Assembly: GCF_036971445.1 (NCBI RefSeq)
Contig: NC_091475.1
Span: 55,800,001 to 55,864,000 of the forward strand
Reading direction: 5' to 3'
DNA: 64,000 bases
DNA from: Narcine bancroftii
Lineage: Eukaryota
The translations under genes and the position numbers were made by a program. Under the pieces are notes generated by a model. That model worked only from the letters and a program-made list of their open reading frames with translations, was not told where the DNA came from and searched no databases. Position 1 is the stretch's first letter; every line of letters starts with the position of its first letter. Shown here in pieces: positions 12,466 through 24,535 of this stretch.

Positions 12466-13523
12466 AGATCACAAGATCAAGGAACAGAAGTAGGCCACTT
12501 GGCCCATCGAGTCTGTGCCGCAACTCTACCCCAAGCTGAACTATACTCACACCTAGTTCCGATTGCTTGCCTTTTTCCCCATATCCCCTGATGCCCAACC
12601 AATTAGATACTTATCAATCTCCTGCTTAAATTCTCCCACTGATCATGCCTCCACCACTGTATGCGGCAATGAGTTCCATAAATCCATGACCCTCTGACTA
12701 AAGAAATTTTTTCTAATCTATGTTTCAAATGGATAACTTTTAAGACTATGCTTTCTTGTCCTTGATTCACCAAGGGGAAACATTTTATCTACATCCACTC
12801 TCCCAAAACCTTTCAGAATTCGAAATGTTTCTATGGGATACCCTCTCATTCTTCAATGAATACAATCCAAGAGCTGCCAAGCGTTCCTCATACATTAGCC
12901 CTTGCATTCCGGGAATCATCCTAGTAAATCTCCTCTGCACCCTCTCCAACAACATCACATCCTTTCTAAGATAAGTGGCCCAAAACTGCACCCAGTTCTC
13001 CAAATGAGGCCTCACCACTGCCCCATACAGCCTGATCAACACCTCTTAAACACTATTCCTCTTGAAATGAATGCCAACATAGCATTTGATTCCTTTACTG
13101 CTGATCCAACCTGGTCATTAACTTTTAGGTTTCCCTTCACGAGGACGCCCAGGTCCCTTTGCATTTCCGAGGTTTGAATTTTCTCCCCATCCAAATTGTT
13201 TCCTGTCTGTTTATTTCCACAACCAAAATATAGAACTGAACATTTTTCAACACTGTATCTCATCTGCTATTTTTTGTCCTAGTCGCCTAAGCTGTCTATA
13301 CCCTTCTGTAACTTTTCAGTTTCTTCAACATTCTCCACCACCTATCTTGGTGTCATCTGCAAATTTGGCCACAAAACTATTCATTCCACAATCCAAATCA
13401 TTATATAAATTGTAAACTGTAGTGGCCCCAAGACTGACCCCTGTGGAACATCACTTGTTAAAGGCAGCCAACCTGAACAGGATCCCTTTATTTCAACCCT
13501 TTGTCTCCTGCCTATCAGCCAAT
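12466..13523 (-). mobile_element. CR1-like LINE 3' fragment
   Basis: VPQGSVLGPL, FADDTK, LYGAVVRPHLENWVQFW. Confidence 0.92.
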
Positions 13524-13731
13524 TTGAGGTTGTTCCAAATCTCAGAGAAGTTTCATTCATCTCGGAAAGAAAGAATGTAGATATTCTCATCAAAGGAATT
13601 TAAATTGTGTGGAAGCCCACGGTGAAGAAACTTAATGGTGGTAGCAACGAACAAACATCGGCAACCCTCTCCTACTTCATCACCTCAGCCTTATGTCTAA
13701 ATTCATTGACCTGCAATTTAATTTACTGTAC

Positions 13732-13797
13732 CTCTTTCACTGAAAATGAGAAAACATCCAGTTCCGAAAATGACAGACTATTGTTCAGGAAGAGCAA
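13732..13797 (-). pseudogene. exon-like segment H (66 nt, symmetric)
   Basis: acceptor ttcatctcaatcAG, donor GAG/GTacag; LLFLNNSLSFSELDVFSFSVKE in phase 0; frame uncertain. Confidence 0.35.
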
Positions 13798-14019
13798 CTG
13801 ATTGAGATGAATAATTATTGTTCTACGTCTTTAAATTGCCAGGTTCTAATAACTATGTGTCAATGAGGAACAGAAGATTCAGCATGGTGAATTATCCCTC
13901 GATCTTGTTGCAGCTATGAAGGTCAATTAATAACAAGAACATTACATAAATCATTTGTGTTTTTTGAATGTGGGTGTAGAATAATTGACACCCTCTGTAA
14001 GTTAATGATATGAAAATAT

Positions 14020-14355
14020 TATCACAACAGCTTATGATACACAGTTAAGATAGTTTATGCTACATGAGGACAAAGATCACAGCAAATATCAATTGATGTT
14101 TTTGTGGTCTATATTTTACGGAGGTTGGTTCACTGTTCACAACTTTGTTGGAATTCCTTCTTTTCTATCACTGCAACTTTGAATAAAGAATTGTTTCAGT
14201 ATTTATTGCTCATAAGTTCAAGTGTTCATTGATGCTGACAACAGGCTTCATGAAAAAGGTGTGGAATTACATCCAATTTCATCTGAAAATTCCGAGCAAG
14301 CTTTTAAGCACAAATTAAATGTTTCCACAAATCAAAAAGTCTAATAACACTTATT
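14020..14355 (-). pseudogene. probable distal part of large exon G
   Basis: one frame reads GISVIRLFDLWKHLICA*KLARNFQMKLDVIPHLFHEACCQHQ*TLELMSNKY..; protein-like with stops. Confidence 0.35.
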
Positions 14356-14363
14356 CCATAGAA

Positions 14364-16006
14364 TAGCGATTTTCAACCTTTTACTTTCCACTCACACACC
14401 ACTTTAAGTAATCCCTATGCCATCGGTGCTCTGTGATTAGTAAGGGATTGCTTCAGGTGGGATGTAAGTGGGAAGGGAAGGTTGAGAACCACTGCTCTAG
14501 ACTGAATTATTACTGAAATATTTGTCATTGGCCCATATCCTTTGTAGTTACGAAACTGTGCCACAACATGATTATCCAACTGCACGAAAACCAACAAGGT
14601 CGGGTCAGATACAGCAATGAGCTCTCTGAACCCTTCTCCATTAACAATGGCGTGAAGCAAGGCTGTGTTCTCGCACCAACCCTCTTTTCAATCTTCTTCA
14701 GCATGATGCTGAACCAAGCCATGAAAGACCCCAACAATGAAGACGCTGTTTACATCCGGTACCGCACGGATGGCAGTCTCTTCAATCTGAGGCGCCTGCA
14801 AGCTCACACCAAGACACAAGAGAAACTTGTCCGTGAACTACTCTTTGCAGATGATGCCGCTTTAGTTGCCCATTCAGAGCCAGCTCTTCAGCGCTTGACG
14901 TCCTGTTTTGCGGAAACTGCCAAAATGTTTGGCCTGGAAGTCAGCCTGAAGAAAACTGAGGTCCTCCATCAGCCAGCTCCCCACCATGACTACCAGCCCC
15001 CCCACATCTCCATCGGGCACACAAAACTCAAAACGGTCAACCATTTACCTATCTCGGCTGCATCATTTCATTAGATGCAAGGATCGACAATGAGATAGAC
15101 AACAGACTCGCCAAGGCAAATAGCGCCTTTGGAAGACTACACAAAAGAGTCTGGAAAAACAACCAACTGAAAAACCTCACAAAGATAAGCGTATACAGAG
15201 CCGTTGTCATACCCACACTCCTGTTCGGCTCCGAATCATGGGTCCTCTACCGGCACCACCTACGGCTCCTAGAATGCTTCCACCAGCGTTGTCTCCGCTC
15301 CATCCTCAACATCCATTGGAGCGCTTACACCCCTAACGTCGGGTACTCGAGATGGCAGAGGTCGACAGCATCGAGTCCACGCTGCTGAAGATCCAGCTGC
15401 GCTGGATGGGTCACGTCTCCAGAATGGAGGACCATCACCTTCCCAAGATCGTGTTATATGGCGAGCTCTCCACTGGCCACCGTGACAGAGGTGCAGCAAA
15501 GAAAAGGTACAAGGACTGCCTAAAGAAATCTCTTGGTGCCTGCCACATTGACCACCGCCAGTGGGCTGATAACGCCTCAAATCGTGCATCTTGGCGCCTC
15601 ACAGTTTGGCGGGCAGCAACCTCCTTTGAAGAAGACCGCAGAGCCCACCTCACTGACAAAAGGCAAAGGAGGAAAAACCCAACACCCAACCCCAACCAAC
15701 CAATTTTCCCTTGCAACCGCTGCAGTCGTGTCTGCCTGTCCCGCATCGGACTTGTCAGCCACAAACGAGCCTGCAGCTGACGTGGACTTTTTACCCCCTC
15801 CATAAATCTTCGTCCGCGAAGCCAAGCCAAAGAAAAAAACGAAACTGTGCACATAATGAATCAATTAGGTACAATTAAAACAGTGGTTTCCAACCTTTTT
15901 CTTTCTTCTCACATACCACCATAAGCAATCCCTTACTAATCACAGAGCACCAATGGTATAAGGAATACTTAAAGTTGTATCTAAAGAAAAAGGTTGAGAA
16001 CCACTG
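14364..16006. mobile_element. hAT/Charlie-like composite MITE interrupted by an RTE
   Basis: ends tagcgattttcaacc..ggttgagaaccactg; 8-bp TSD ccatagaa (14356-14363) and acatagaa (16007-16014). Confidence 0.88.
14562..15838 (+). mobile_element. RTE-clade LINE, 5'-truncated young copy
   Basis: GVKQGCVLAPTLF, ELLFADDAAL, QLRWMGHVSRM, C-terminal CNRC..SHKRAC; 12-bp TSD acgaaactgtgc at 14550-14561 and 15839-15850. Confidence 0.97.
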
Positions 16007-16009
16007 ACA

Positions 16010-16290
16010 TAGAACATCACAGGATGGTAAAGCCTCTTCGGCCCCTAATGTTGCGCTGACCTACAGAAACCAACTCTTCAACAAACTAACCTGTCCCTCC
16101 CAAACACCCATAACCCTCTCTTTTTTGTGCATCCAAGTGCCTATCTGAGAGTCTTTTAAATATTGCTGTTGCACCAGCTACCACCACTCCCTGGCAATGC
16201 ATTCCAGGCATCTATCACTCTGTGTATAAAAGAAATTACCTCTGAAGTCTCCCCTAAACTTTCCTCCACTCACCTTAACCATATGACCTC
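16010..16290 (-). mobile_element. CR1-like 3' end fragment
   Basis: reverse complement of the CR1 3' UTR (tggaatgcattgccaggg..ggccgaagagg..ttctatg). Confidence 0.7.
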
Positions 16291-16299
16291 TGGGGAAAA

Positions 16300-17516
16300 A
16301 AGTATGGGGTTGTTTTATTCCAAAGTCCTCTCAACAATATGCAAATCTCGTAAAAGTATGCTGGCCAAATTCTCTTTATTACATCTATCTTCTGGTCTCT
16401 GAGGCAGTGCAGAAAATTCTGGCATAGATTTTCATGAAAGGAATTCAAGTGAATGCAACCATTCAGGAATCATTGCTAATTGATTGCAACCATATTTCCA
16501 CTGTCCTGTGAATTGAATGTACTAGATTCATAGCATGCATTTCTTTCATTGGGAGCATTGTTGAAGCTCGCCTTAGCTGTCTTCATCCTGAGAGCATTTT
16601 TCACATTGCTGACACTCCCTGGGGTGCAGAAGAATAAGGGGAAATCTGATCGAGATATGTAAAATAATGATGAGTATGATGGAGTAAATGCAAGCAAGCT
16701 TTTTCCACTGAGGTTTGATGAGCTAACTAGAGGACATGGTTTAAAGGTGAAAGGGGAAAAGTTTAAAGGGAACATTATAGGAAGCTTCTTCATGCAAAGA
16801 ATGGTGAGAGTGTGGAACGAGCTGCCAGATGAATTGGTGAATGCAGGCTCAATTTTAATATTTTAGAAAAAGTTGGACAGGTACATGAATTGGAGAGATA
16901 TAGTCCAGGCGCAGGTCAGTGGGACCAGGCAGAACAGTAGTCCGGAACAGACTGGAAGGGCCAAAGGGCCTGCTTCTGTGCTGTAGTGTTCCATGGTTCT
17001 ACACCTCCATTATGCATCACTGCAGGAGGCAGCAAGGAGGACTGTCTGAAAGGTTACCCTCAATCCACATATTTACCAGAACTATTTTCTCCTCCAAGAG
17101 TTTATATTTCTCTTTATTAAGGTCGCAGTTCTTTGGTGTTCCTCCAGCTGTGTTTTTATACTTGATTCCAGGGATTAATCACTTAGCATGTACAAAAGTG
17201 CATCCAGATATGAATTCTGAGCTTCCCATTTATCAATTTGATTCATTGCTTTCTCATCCTGCAGCTATCATTTAATTTGAAAGAGTGCTCTGGATTAACC
17301 TTTTATCTTCCATTTAGATTCTGTGTGCCTTTCTAAGGTCTTCAGTTATATGCTTCGTTTCAGGCTGGAGTCTTTCCTCACTTTGCAGTCCAGTGACAGT
17401 CTCCCCACTGCTCTGAAGATTACCTGATTAGAACTGAATGTATTATTCAAGATGTGGCTTCACTGGAGTTAAATGCAGCAAGGTGGCCGTTCCTCTTTGC
17501 TGATTTGGAAATTTAG
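16300..17516 (-). pseudogene. large decayed exon-like segment G, interrupted by a CR1
   Basis: acceptor tgtattttctcaAG at 17518-17517; LQSEERLQPETKHITEDLRKAHRI*..CDLNKEKYKLLEEKIVLVNMWIEGNLSDSPP; many stops and at least one frameshift. Confidence 0.5.
16620..17000 (+). mobile_element. CR1-like 3' fragment
   Basis: aactagaggacatggtttaaaggtga..gggccaaagggcctg..ttcta, typical CR1 end. Confidence 0.85.
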
Positions 17517-17749
17517 CTTGAGAAAATACAGAAAGTCTCGAATGACGTCTTTACATATGGAGCAGCAGAGTGCAGTGCATAAAAGGCCTGGAGAAACTCA
17601 GCAGGTCACGCAGCATCCATAGGAAATAAAATTCAGTTGATACTAAGTCCTTGGTCAGGAATGTGGAAAATCAAGCAGATGCCTGAATAAAAAGGTGAGG
17701 AGGTTCCTACCCAATGTATCCATCTAAATGTTACAATAGACCCCACCAT

Positions 17750-18016
17750 CCTCTGGGTACAATCGTGGGCCACACCCCCCCCCCCCCCCACAATGAGTTA
17801 TTGTGCCCTCCCACAGCACAAACATCACTAGGGGATTGTGGACCACACCGGGTGTCACCATCCAAGGGGGTGTCACCAAAATGAACCATGTGGTTTCGTC
17901 TCCATGTGCCATAAGCATGCACGTTTGAAACAGCGGGGGAAGTGTGATGTCGCGGCGGACAGAGGAGGTCCATGGCAGGTGCAGCACACCCCCTCCCCCA
18001 ATTAGATCTCTACTGA
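17750..18016. mobile_element. GC-rich MITE-like remnant
   Basis: repeated gggtgtcacc motifs, poly-C tracts, end agatctctactg resembles a DNA-transposon TIR. Confidence 0.4.
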
Positions 18017-18229
18017 TGCCGACTCTGACTACTATCCTTTTCTTGTGACATTGCCAACACCTCCCCGTTCTCTGTCTTGTCTCTCCACTTATCTTTCATC
18101 ACACATCTCAAAAACACTTAACTGAAAACTGTTATTCACATCTCAAGAAAGATTTGAATGTGACTTGCTTGGCAGATGATTAATGATTCAAGGTACTGAG
18201 CCTGAGGGGAAGTGGTTGCACAGATCTAC

Positions 18230-18323
18230 CTGATAGCATTGCATGTGGTTCTCACCAGCATCCAACTCCCGTATGTTTGAAGAAGAGTTGGAAAGTTCCT
18301 CTTAACATGTGAAAGTGAATGTT
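18230..18323 (-). pseudogene. exon-like segment F (phase 2 to 0)
   Basis: acceptor acattttcAG, donor CAG/GTagat; TFTFTC*EELSNSSSNIRELDAGENHMQCYQ. Confidence 0.55.
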
Positions 18324-18918
18324 CTGAAAATGTAGTTTGAGTCAAACACACTTTGCAGAAAATGATACCAGAATTGGAATCCCTAACAAATTGTTCATCT
18401 CCTTCGGGAAAACACATACTTGTAATACCCCATCATTGGTTCACACAGCAGTTGCTAGAACTGTGCAATATGCAATATAGAGAGCCCTTGCTAATCTTAT
18501 GCATGGAAGCAGCAACTCCATTTTCCCGTGCATATGATGTACCATGTTTTGTGCGCAGCGCAGCATAATTCACGGGATTTTGCTGCAAATACATACATGA
18601 CTTAAGCATGTGTATGACCATCATAGCTGGACCTCTCAAAGCATCAGGGAATAAATTAAATTGTCATCAAAACAGGCAGAGCCAGGGCAGCTTGCCCACA
18701 GAGCAACTAAAAATCCTCTGGTAGCTGCCTCAATTATGCCCCAAAACCTTTCAAACAAGCTTGAAGTCATATACATCAACATACAGAGATACTTGAAAAT
18801 TATTTAAAAAAAGGTTTATATAAAATATTTAAAAATTAAAAAATGCAAAATAATTCTGAACAATTTTTTTTAAAAACCATTGAACCAACTCAGTTAATTT
18901 GAAATCATATAAATGTAC

Positions 18919-19091
18919 CTTCCACCCTCGCAACCCTTCCTCATAACGGAAGTGGACAAACTCATTGATCTGTCACCTACTCTGACAGCAGAGATTCATT
19001 GGACAAAATCCAATCAGGGAGCTGGATTTCCAGTTTTACATTGTATTTCTAAACTTCCCAAAAACTTACTGAGGGTAGCTCGCATTTCTGC
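18919..19091 (-). pseudogene. exon-like segment E (phase 0 to 2)
   Basis: acceptor tttctttctctgtcaaAG, donor AAG/GTacat; AEMRATLSKFLGSLEIQCKTGNPAP*LDFVQ*ISAVRV.. Confidence 0.55.
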
Positions 19092-19215
19092 CTTTGACAG
19101 AGAAAGAAATATATGTTGATGCCCTTCATGGGAGAGTAACTAAGTCAATAACTCTCAGGCAAAGCAGATATAGAAGCTTATCTTTTAGGGGTTAGATGGT
19201 GGCAGGCTCACTCAC

Positions 19216-19303
19216 CAGAACAGAACCAAAGGAAATTGGCAATGAAGTTTGCAGCCATTGGAACCAGATTTAAAAAGCAGATGATAATCAAGTTCAATTT
19301 GAC
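19216..19303 (-). pseudogene. exon-like segment D (phase 2 to 0), acceptor disrupted at the RTE junction
   Basis: consensus donor CTG/GTGAGT; ..IWFQWLQTSLPISFGSVL; pyrimidine tract lies on the far side of the RTE at 23323-23340. Confidence 0.5.
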
Positions 19304-19367
19304 CCGAACACACACACACACAAAGCACATATTAATCATATTAATCAGGGTAAGGATTAGGGTATGG

Positions 19368-19902
19368 GAGGCGGCGGCCCCGGTCCGGGCACAGGGAAAG
19401 CAGCAGCGGCCCCGGCCCCGGTCCGAGCAGAGGGTAGGTGGCGGCGGCCCCGATCTGGGCAAAAGCGAAGGGGAGGCGGCGGCCCCGGCCTCAGTCCAGT
19501 GAGGCAGGCAGAGGCCCCGGTCCGGGCAGAAGCGAGGGGGAGGCGGCGGCCCCGGCCTCGGTCGAGTGAGGCAGGCGGAGGCCCCGGTCCGGGCAGAAGC
19601 GAGGGGGAGGCGGTGGCCCCGGCCTCGGCAGAGCGAAGCAGGCGGAGGCCCCGGTCTGGGCAGAAAGAAGGAGGTGGTGGCCCCGGTCCGGGCACAGGGA
19701 AAGCACCGGCAGCCCCGGCCCCGGTCCGGGCAGAGGGTAGGCGGCGGCGGCCCCGATCTGGGCAATAGCGAAGGGGAGGCGGTGGCCCCGGCCTCGGTCG
19801 AGTGAGGCAGGCGGAGGCCCCGGTCTGGGCAAAAAGAAAGAGGCGGGTGCCCCGGTCCGGGCACAGGGAAAGCAGCGGCGACCCTGGCCCCAGTCCGGGC
19901 AG
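19368..19902 (+). repeat. GC/CpG-rich tandem array of about 33-bp units in the RTE 5' region
   Basis: unit ggcggcggccccggtccgggcacagggaaagca with variants; higher-order block recurring near 19370, 19673 and 19843. Confidence 0.95.
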
Positions 19903-19965
19903 TATGGTCTGACCTAGGAGGGGAGGCAGACCCCTCCAGCCCGGGTAAGAAACCTGCATAGGAGA

Positions 19966-22900
19966 ATGCCACTCCGATATAAAACCTACGACCCAAGAAC
20001 CTTGCTGCCACGTCCCAGCTTGCTTGGCCACGGCACACTAACCATGGGTGTAAAGGGTGGGGCCAGTACTGCGCACACTGGACTCCACTTAAAAGCTCCT
20101 TTGCGCAGGCCCGAGGACATGTCCACGTCCTCCCCCTCCACGTCCTCCCCCTCCACGTCCTCCCCCTCCACGTCCTCCCCCTCAAAAGATGCTTACAAAC
20201 TCAAGCTAGCATGCTGGAACATCAGAATCATGCTAGACAAGGCTGACAGTGACCGACCTGAACGTCGGTCTGCCCTCATCGCACATGAACTCCTCAGACT
20301 TGACATCGACATAGCCGATCTCAGTGAAGTCCGCCTTGCAGATGTAGGCAGCCTCCAAGAACGCGGCGCGGGCTACACACTCTACTGGTCTGGCAAGCCT
20401 ATGGATGAACGACGCCTATCTGGTGTAGGCTTCATGGTCAAGAACTCCATTGCCTCCAAACTCGAAAACCTCCCGACAGGCCACTCGGACCGGATCATGT
20501 CCATGCGACTCCCCCTTCAAAACAAGCGTCGCATCACCCTCATCAGTGTCTATGCTCCAACCTTCCAGGCAGAACAAGCAGAAAAGGACAAGTTCTACAC
20601 TAATCTGCGCAACCTCATTCAATGCACCCTTGGCGACTTCAACGCTCGCGTCGGCAAAGACTCAGAAACCTGGCCAGGAATCCTGGGCAAGCATGGTGTC
20701 GGCAACTGCAACGACAATGGGCGTCTCCTGTTTGAGCTCTGTGCAGAACAGCAGCTTGTCATTACAAACACCCTTTTTCAGCAGAGGGACAGCCTGAAGA
20801 CTACCTGGATGCATCCCCGATCCAAACACTGGCACCTCCTGGACTACGTCCTGGTGCGAGAAAAAGACAAACGAGATGTGCTCCACACCAGGGTCATGCC
20901 CAGCGCGGAATGCCACACTGACCATCGGCTGGTTCGCTGCAAGCTCAACTTTCACTTCAAGCCAAAGCCCAGGAACAGTAAAGCCCCCAGAAAGAGGTTA
21001 AATGTTGGAAACCTGCAGTCAGACGAAGTGAGAGGAAACTTCCAGGCAAACCTCAAAGCAAAGCTCGAGGATGGAATCCGCCTCACGGACTCGTCCCCTG
21101 AAACCCTCTGGGATCAGCTGAAGACTACCATACTGCAATCCACTGAAGAGGTACTGGGCTTCTCCTCCAGGAAAAACAAGGACAGGTTCGACGAAAACAG
21201 CCATGAAATCCAGGAGCTGCTGGCAAAGAAGCGAGCTGCCCACCAGGCTCACCTTACAAAGCCGTCCTGGCCAGAGAAGAAACAAGCCTTCCGTCGTGTA
21301 TGCAGCCATCTTCAGCGCAAACTCCGGGAGATCCAAAATAAGTAGTGGACTAGCCTTGCCAAACGAACCCATCTCAGCACGGACATTGGCGACTTCAGGG
21401 GTTTTTACGAGGCTCTCCATCCTCAACCGATGGTCAAAACACTTCCAATCTCTTTTCAGTGCCAACCGCTCAGTCCAAGAATCCGCCCTGCTCCAGCTCC
21501 CTCAATAGCCCCTAAGGCTAGAGCTGGATGAGGTCCTCACCCAGGAAGAGACATATAAGGCAATTGAACAACTGAAAAGTGGCAAAGCAGCAGGTATGGA
21601 CGGAGTCCCCCAGAGGTCTGGAAGGCTGTCGGCAAAACTCTGCATGCCAAACTGCATGAGTTTTTCAAGCTCTGCTGGGACCAAGGAAAGCTGCCTCAGG
21701 ACCTTCGTGAAGCCATCATCATCACCCTGTACAAAAACAAAGACGAGAAATCAGACTCCTCAAACTACTAGGAATCACACTGCTCACCATTGCAGGCAAA
21801 ATCTTTGCTAGGATTCTCCTAAATACACTAATACCTAGTGTCACCGAAAATGTTCTCCCAGATTCACAGTGCGGCTTTCGCGCAAACAGAGGAACTACTG
21901 ACATGGTCTTTGCCCTCAGACAGCTCCAAGAAAAGTGCAGAGAACAAAACAAAGGACTCTACATCACCTTTGTTGACCTCACCAAAGCCTTCGACACCGT
22001 GAGCAGGAAAGGGCTTTGGCAAATACTAGAGCGCCTCAGATGCCCCCCAAAGTTCCTCAACATGGCTATCCAACTGCACGAAAACCAACAAGGTCGGGTC
22101 AGATACAGCAATGAGCTCTCTGAACACTTCTCCATTAACAATGGCGTGAAGCAAGGCTGCGTTCTCGCACCAACCCTCTTTTCAATCTTCTTCAGAATGA
22201 TGCTGAACCAAGCCATGAAAGACCTCAACAATGAAGACGCTGTTTACATCCGGTACCGCACGGATGGCAGTCTCTTCAATCTGAGGGGCCTGCAAGCTCA
22301 CACCAAGACACAAGAGCAACTTATCCGTGAACTACTCTTTGCAGACGATGCCGCTTTAGTTGCCCATTCAGAGCCAGCTCTTCAGCGCTTGACGTCCTGT
22401 TTTGCAGAAACTGCCAAAATGTTTGGCCTGGAAGTCAGCCTGAAGAAAACTGAGGTCCTCCATCAGCCAGCTCCCCACCATGCCTACCAGCCCCCCCACA
22501 TCTCCATCGGGCACACAAAACTCAAAACGGTCATCCAGTTTACCTATCTCAGCTGCACCATTTCATCGGATGCAAGGATCGACAACGAGATAGACAACAG
22601 ACTCGCCAAGGCAAATAGTGCCTTTGGAAGACTACACAAAAGAGTCTGGAAAACCTCACAAAGATTAGCGTATACAGAGCCGTTGTCATACCCACACTCC
22701 TGTTTAGCTCCGAATCATGGGTCCTCTACCAGCATCACCTACGGCTCCTAGAACACTTCCACCAGCGTTGTCTCCACTCCATCCTCAACATTCATTGGAG
22801 CGCTTTCATCCCTAACATTGAAGTACTCGAGATGGCAGAGGCCGACAGCATCGAATCCACGCTGCTGAAGATCTAACTGCGCTGGGTAGGTCATGTCTCC

Positions 22901-23281
22901 AGAATGGAGGACCATCGCCTTCCCAAGATCGTGTTATATGGCGAGCTCTCCACTAGCCACCGTGACAGAGGTGCACCAAAGAAGAGGTACAACGACTGCC
23001 TAATGAAATCTCTTTGTGCCTGCCACATTGACCACCGCCAGTGGGCTGATATCACCTCAAACCGTGCATCTTGGCGCCTCACAGTTCGGCGGGCAGCAAC
23101 CTCCTTTGAAGAAGACCGCAGAGCCCACCTCACTGACAAAAGACAAAGGAGGAAAAACCCAACATTCAACTCCAACCAACCAATTTTCCCCTGCAACCAC
23201 CGCAACCATTTCTCCTGTCCCGCATCGGACTTGTCAGCCACAAACGATCCTGCAGCTTACGTGAACATTTACTCCTCCATA
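19966..23281 (+). pseudogene. RTE endonuclease-reverse transcriptase ORF, disrupted
   Basis: ORF pieces 19966-21345, 21903-22751, 22904-23329; in-frame stops, frameshifts and small deletions relative to sibling copies. Confidence 0.93.
20122..20183 (+). repeat. 15-bp tandem repeat x4 encoding (STSSP)4
   Basis: tccacgtcctccccc four times, in frame before the APE domain. Confidence 0.97.
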
Positions 23282-23392
23282 AATCTTCGTCTGCGAAGCC
23301 AAGCCAAAGAGAAGAAAGAAGAGACATAAAGATAGAATTTAATGTAAATATATATAAATATCTTGGGATAGTTTACTGTTCATGAATCTCAC

Positions 23393-23521
23393 AGCCTCCA
23401 GGAAGAGCATTTTTCCCAGCCTGGCAATCCTGATTTTGATGATCCTACACTTCTTACCAATGGTCGAGGGTCAACGATACTATATGCTGGATGGAAAGTG
23501 TCCTCAATATTTATTTGAGCC
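23393..23521 (-). pseudogene. exon-like segment C (phase 2 to 2), open
   Basis: acceptor ttgcttaaatAG with upstream pyrimidine tract, donor GTgaga; AQINIEDTFHPAYSIVDPRPLVRSVGSSKSGLPGWEKCSSWR. Confidence 0.55.
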
Positions 23522-23679
23522 CTATTTAAGCAATGCTCATCAATAGAGGAAAAGGAGACGACAGTAATCTTCTGCATTAATGTATTATATGTTATTTTGC
23601 ATTGAGGTTAAGCATAAATTACACCCGCTTTGAAATATGTACTTTTTTAAATTTAATACATACTTCCTTCTTTCTAATC

Positions 23680-23830
23680 CAAATGGTTTCCTCCCATCAG
23701 AAAGTCAGATGTGGAATTACATTCTATTGTCCATTCTTGGCCCACTTCTCGAGTTCTTCCAGATGCTGTGGAAATCTCGGATAGCCTTCTGCACCGTCCA
23801 CTGATGTTGGAGTCATCTACACACTTCGTA
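23680..23830 (-). mobile_element. old CR1 RT fragment
   Basis: DDSNISG..LEELEKWAK resembles the FADDTK..LEKWA region. Confidence 0.6.
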
Positions 23831-23859
23831 ACCACACAGGAAGGAATGTGAAGGGTTTA

Positions 23860-24300
23860 GAAGAGTTGACTAGGCTTTGAGGGCATGAGCTATGGGGAGA
23901 TATTGGACAAAATTGGGTTTTTTCCTCTCAAGTGCAAGAAGCTAAAGGAGTCCTGATAGAGGTTTCTAAAATCCTGAGAGTTATAATATTTTCTCTGGAC
24001 TAAAGCATCCAATTCTAAAGGACATCCAATGAAGGTGCAAGGGAGAATGTTTAAGGAAGATGTGCATGCAAATATATTACACAGGGAGTGGTGGGTGCCT
24101 GGAACAGGCTGCTAGGAGGAATGGTGGAAGCAGATATAACATTCAAGAGGCTTCTTGGAAGACATATTAATGTGAAGGGGGTATGGGGGGAGGGGAGCAT
24201 ATCTATTAAGTGCAAGAAGCAGAGTTTCAGTTTGATTTGGACACCATGTTTGGTGCAGACTCAAGGGTGGAAGGGCCTGTTCCGTTGTTGTGCTGTGTAC
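23860..24300 (+). mobile_element. old CR1 3' fragment
   Basis: gagtggtgggtgcctggaac..gaagggcctgttccgttg..gctgt. Confidence 0.75.
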
Positions 24301-24315
24301 AGGATGGTGAATTAC

Positions 24316-24364
24316 TTTCACTTCTTTGAATGTTAATCTTCGAGCTTCACAGCTGGAAAACTAT
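24316..24364 (-). pseudogene. exon-like segment B (phase 1 to 2)
   Basis: acceptor cctattcctctgctcAG, donor GTaatt; 49 nt bridges the phases of A and C; two stops. Confidence 0.35.
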
Positions 24365-24535
24365 CTGAGCAGAGGAATAGGATTGCTTGATAATCGCATA
24401 TTTTATCATTGTGTTTCTTGGGATACAAATCTATGACTAACACCAGAATGTATCAGGAATACAGTCTATGGTGAGACTACTGTTTTGTTGGCAATACATC
24501 ACAATGTCATAAGCCAAAGACTGTGCAGATCCCTG

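Larger units (their letters stand above)
19308..23322 (+). mobile_element. near full-length RTE-clade LINE, inactivated
   Basis: 5' UTR, APE domain (ACWNIR, LSEVR, GDFNARVG, LDYVLV, TDH), RT (FVDLTKAFD, FADD) and AAG-rich tail; no clear TSD. Confidence 0.96.

Noticed and set aside
15269-15864. Antisense and alternate-frame ORFs over RTE 3' ends
   Set aside because: Shadows of the GC-rich RTE coding strand.
19345-19370. Telomeric repeat
   Set aside because: Only one exact TTAGGG among degenerate neighbours.
19208-20185. 325-aa antisense protein and other Pro/Gly/Arg-rich ORFs
   Set aside because: Explained by stop-poor GC tandem repeats; no independent coding evidence.
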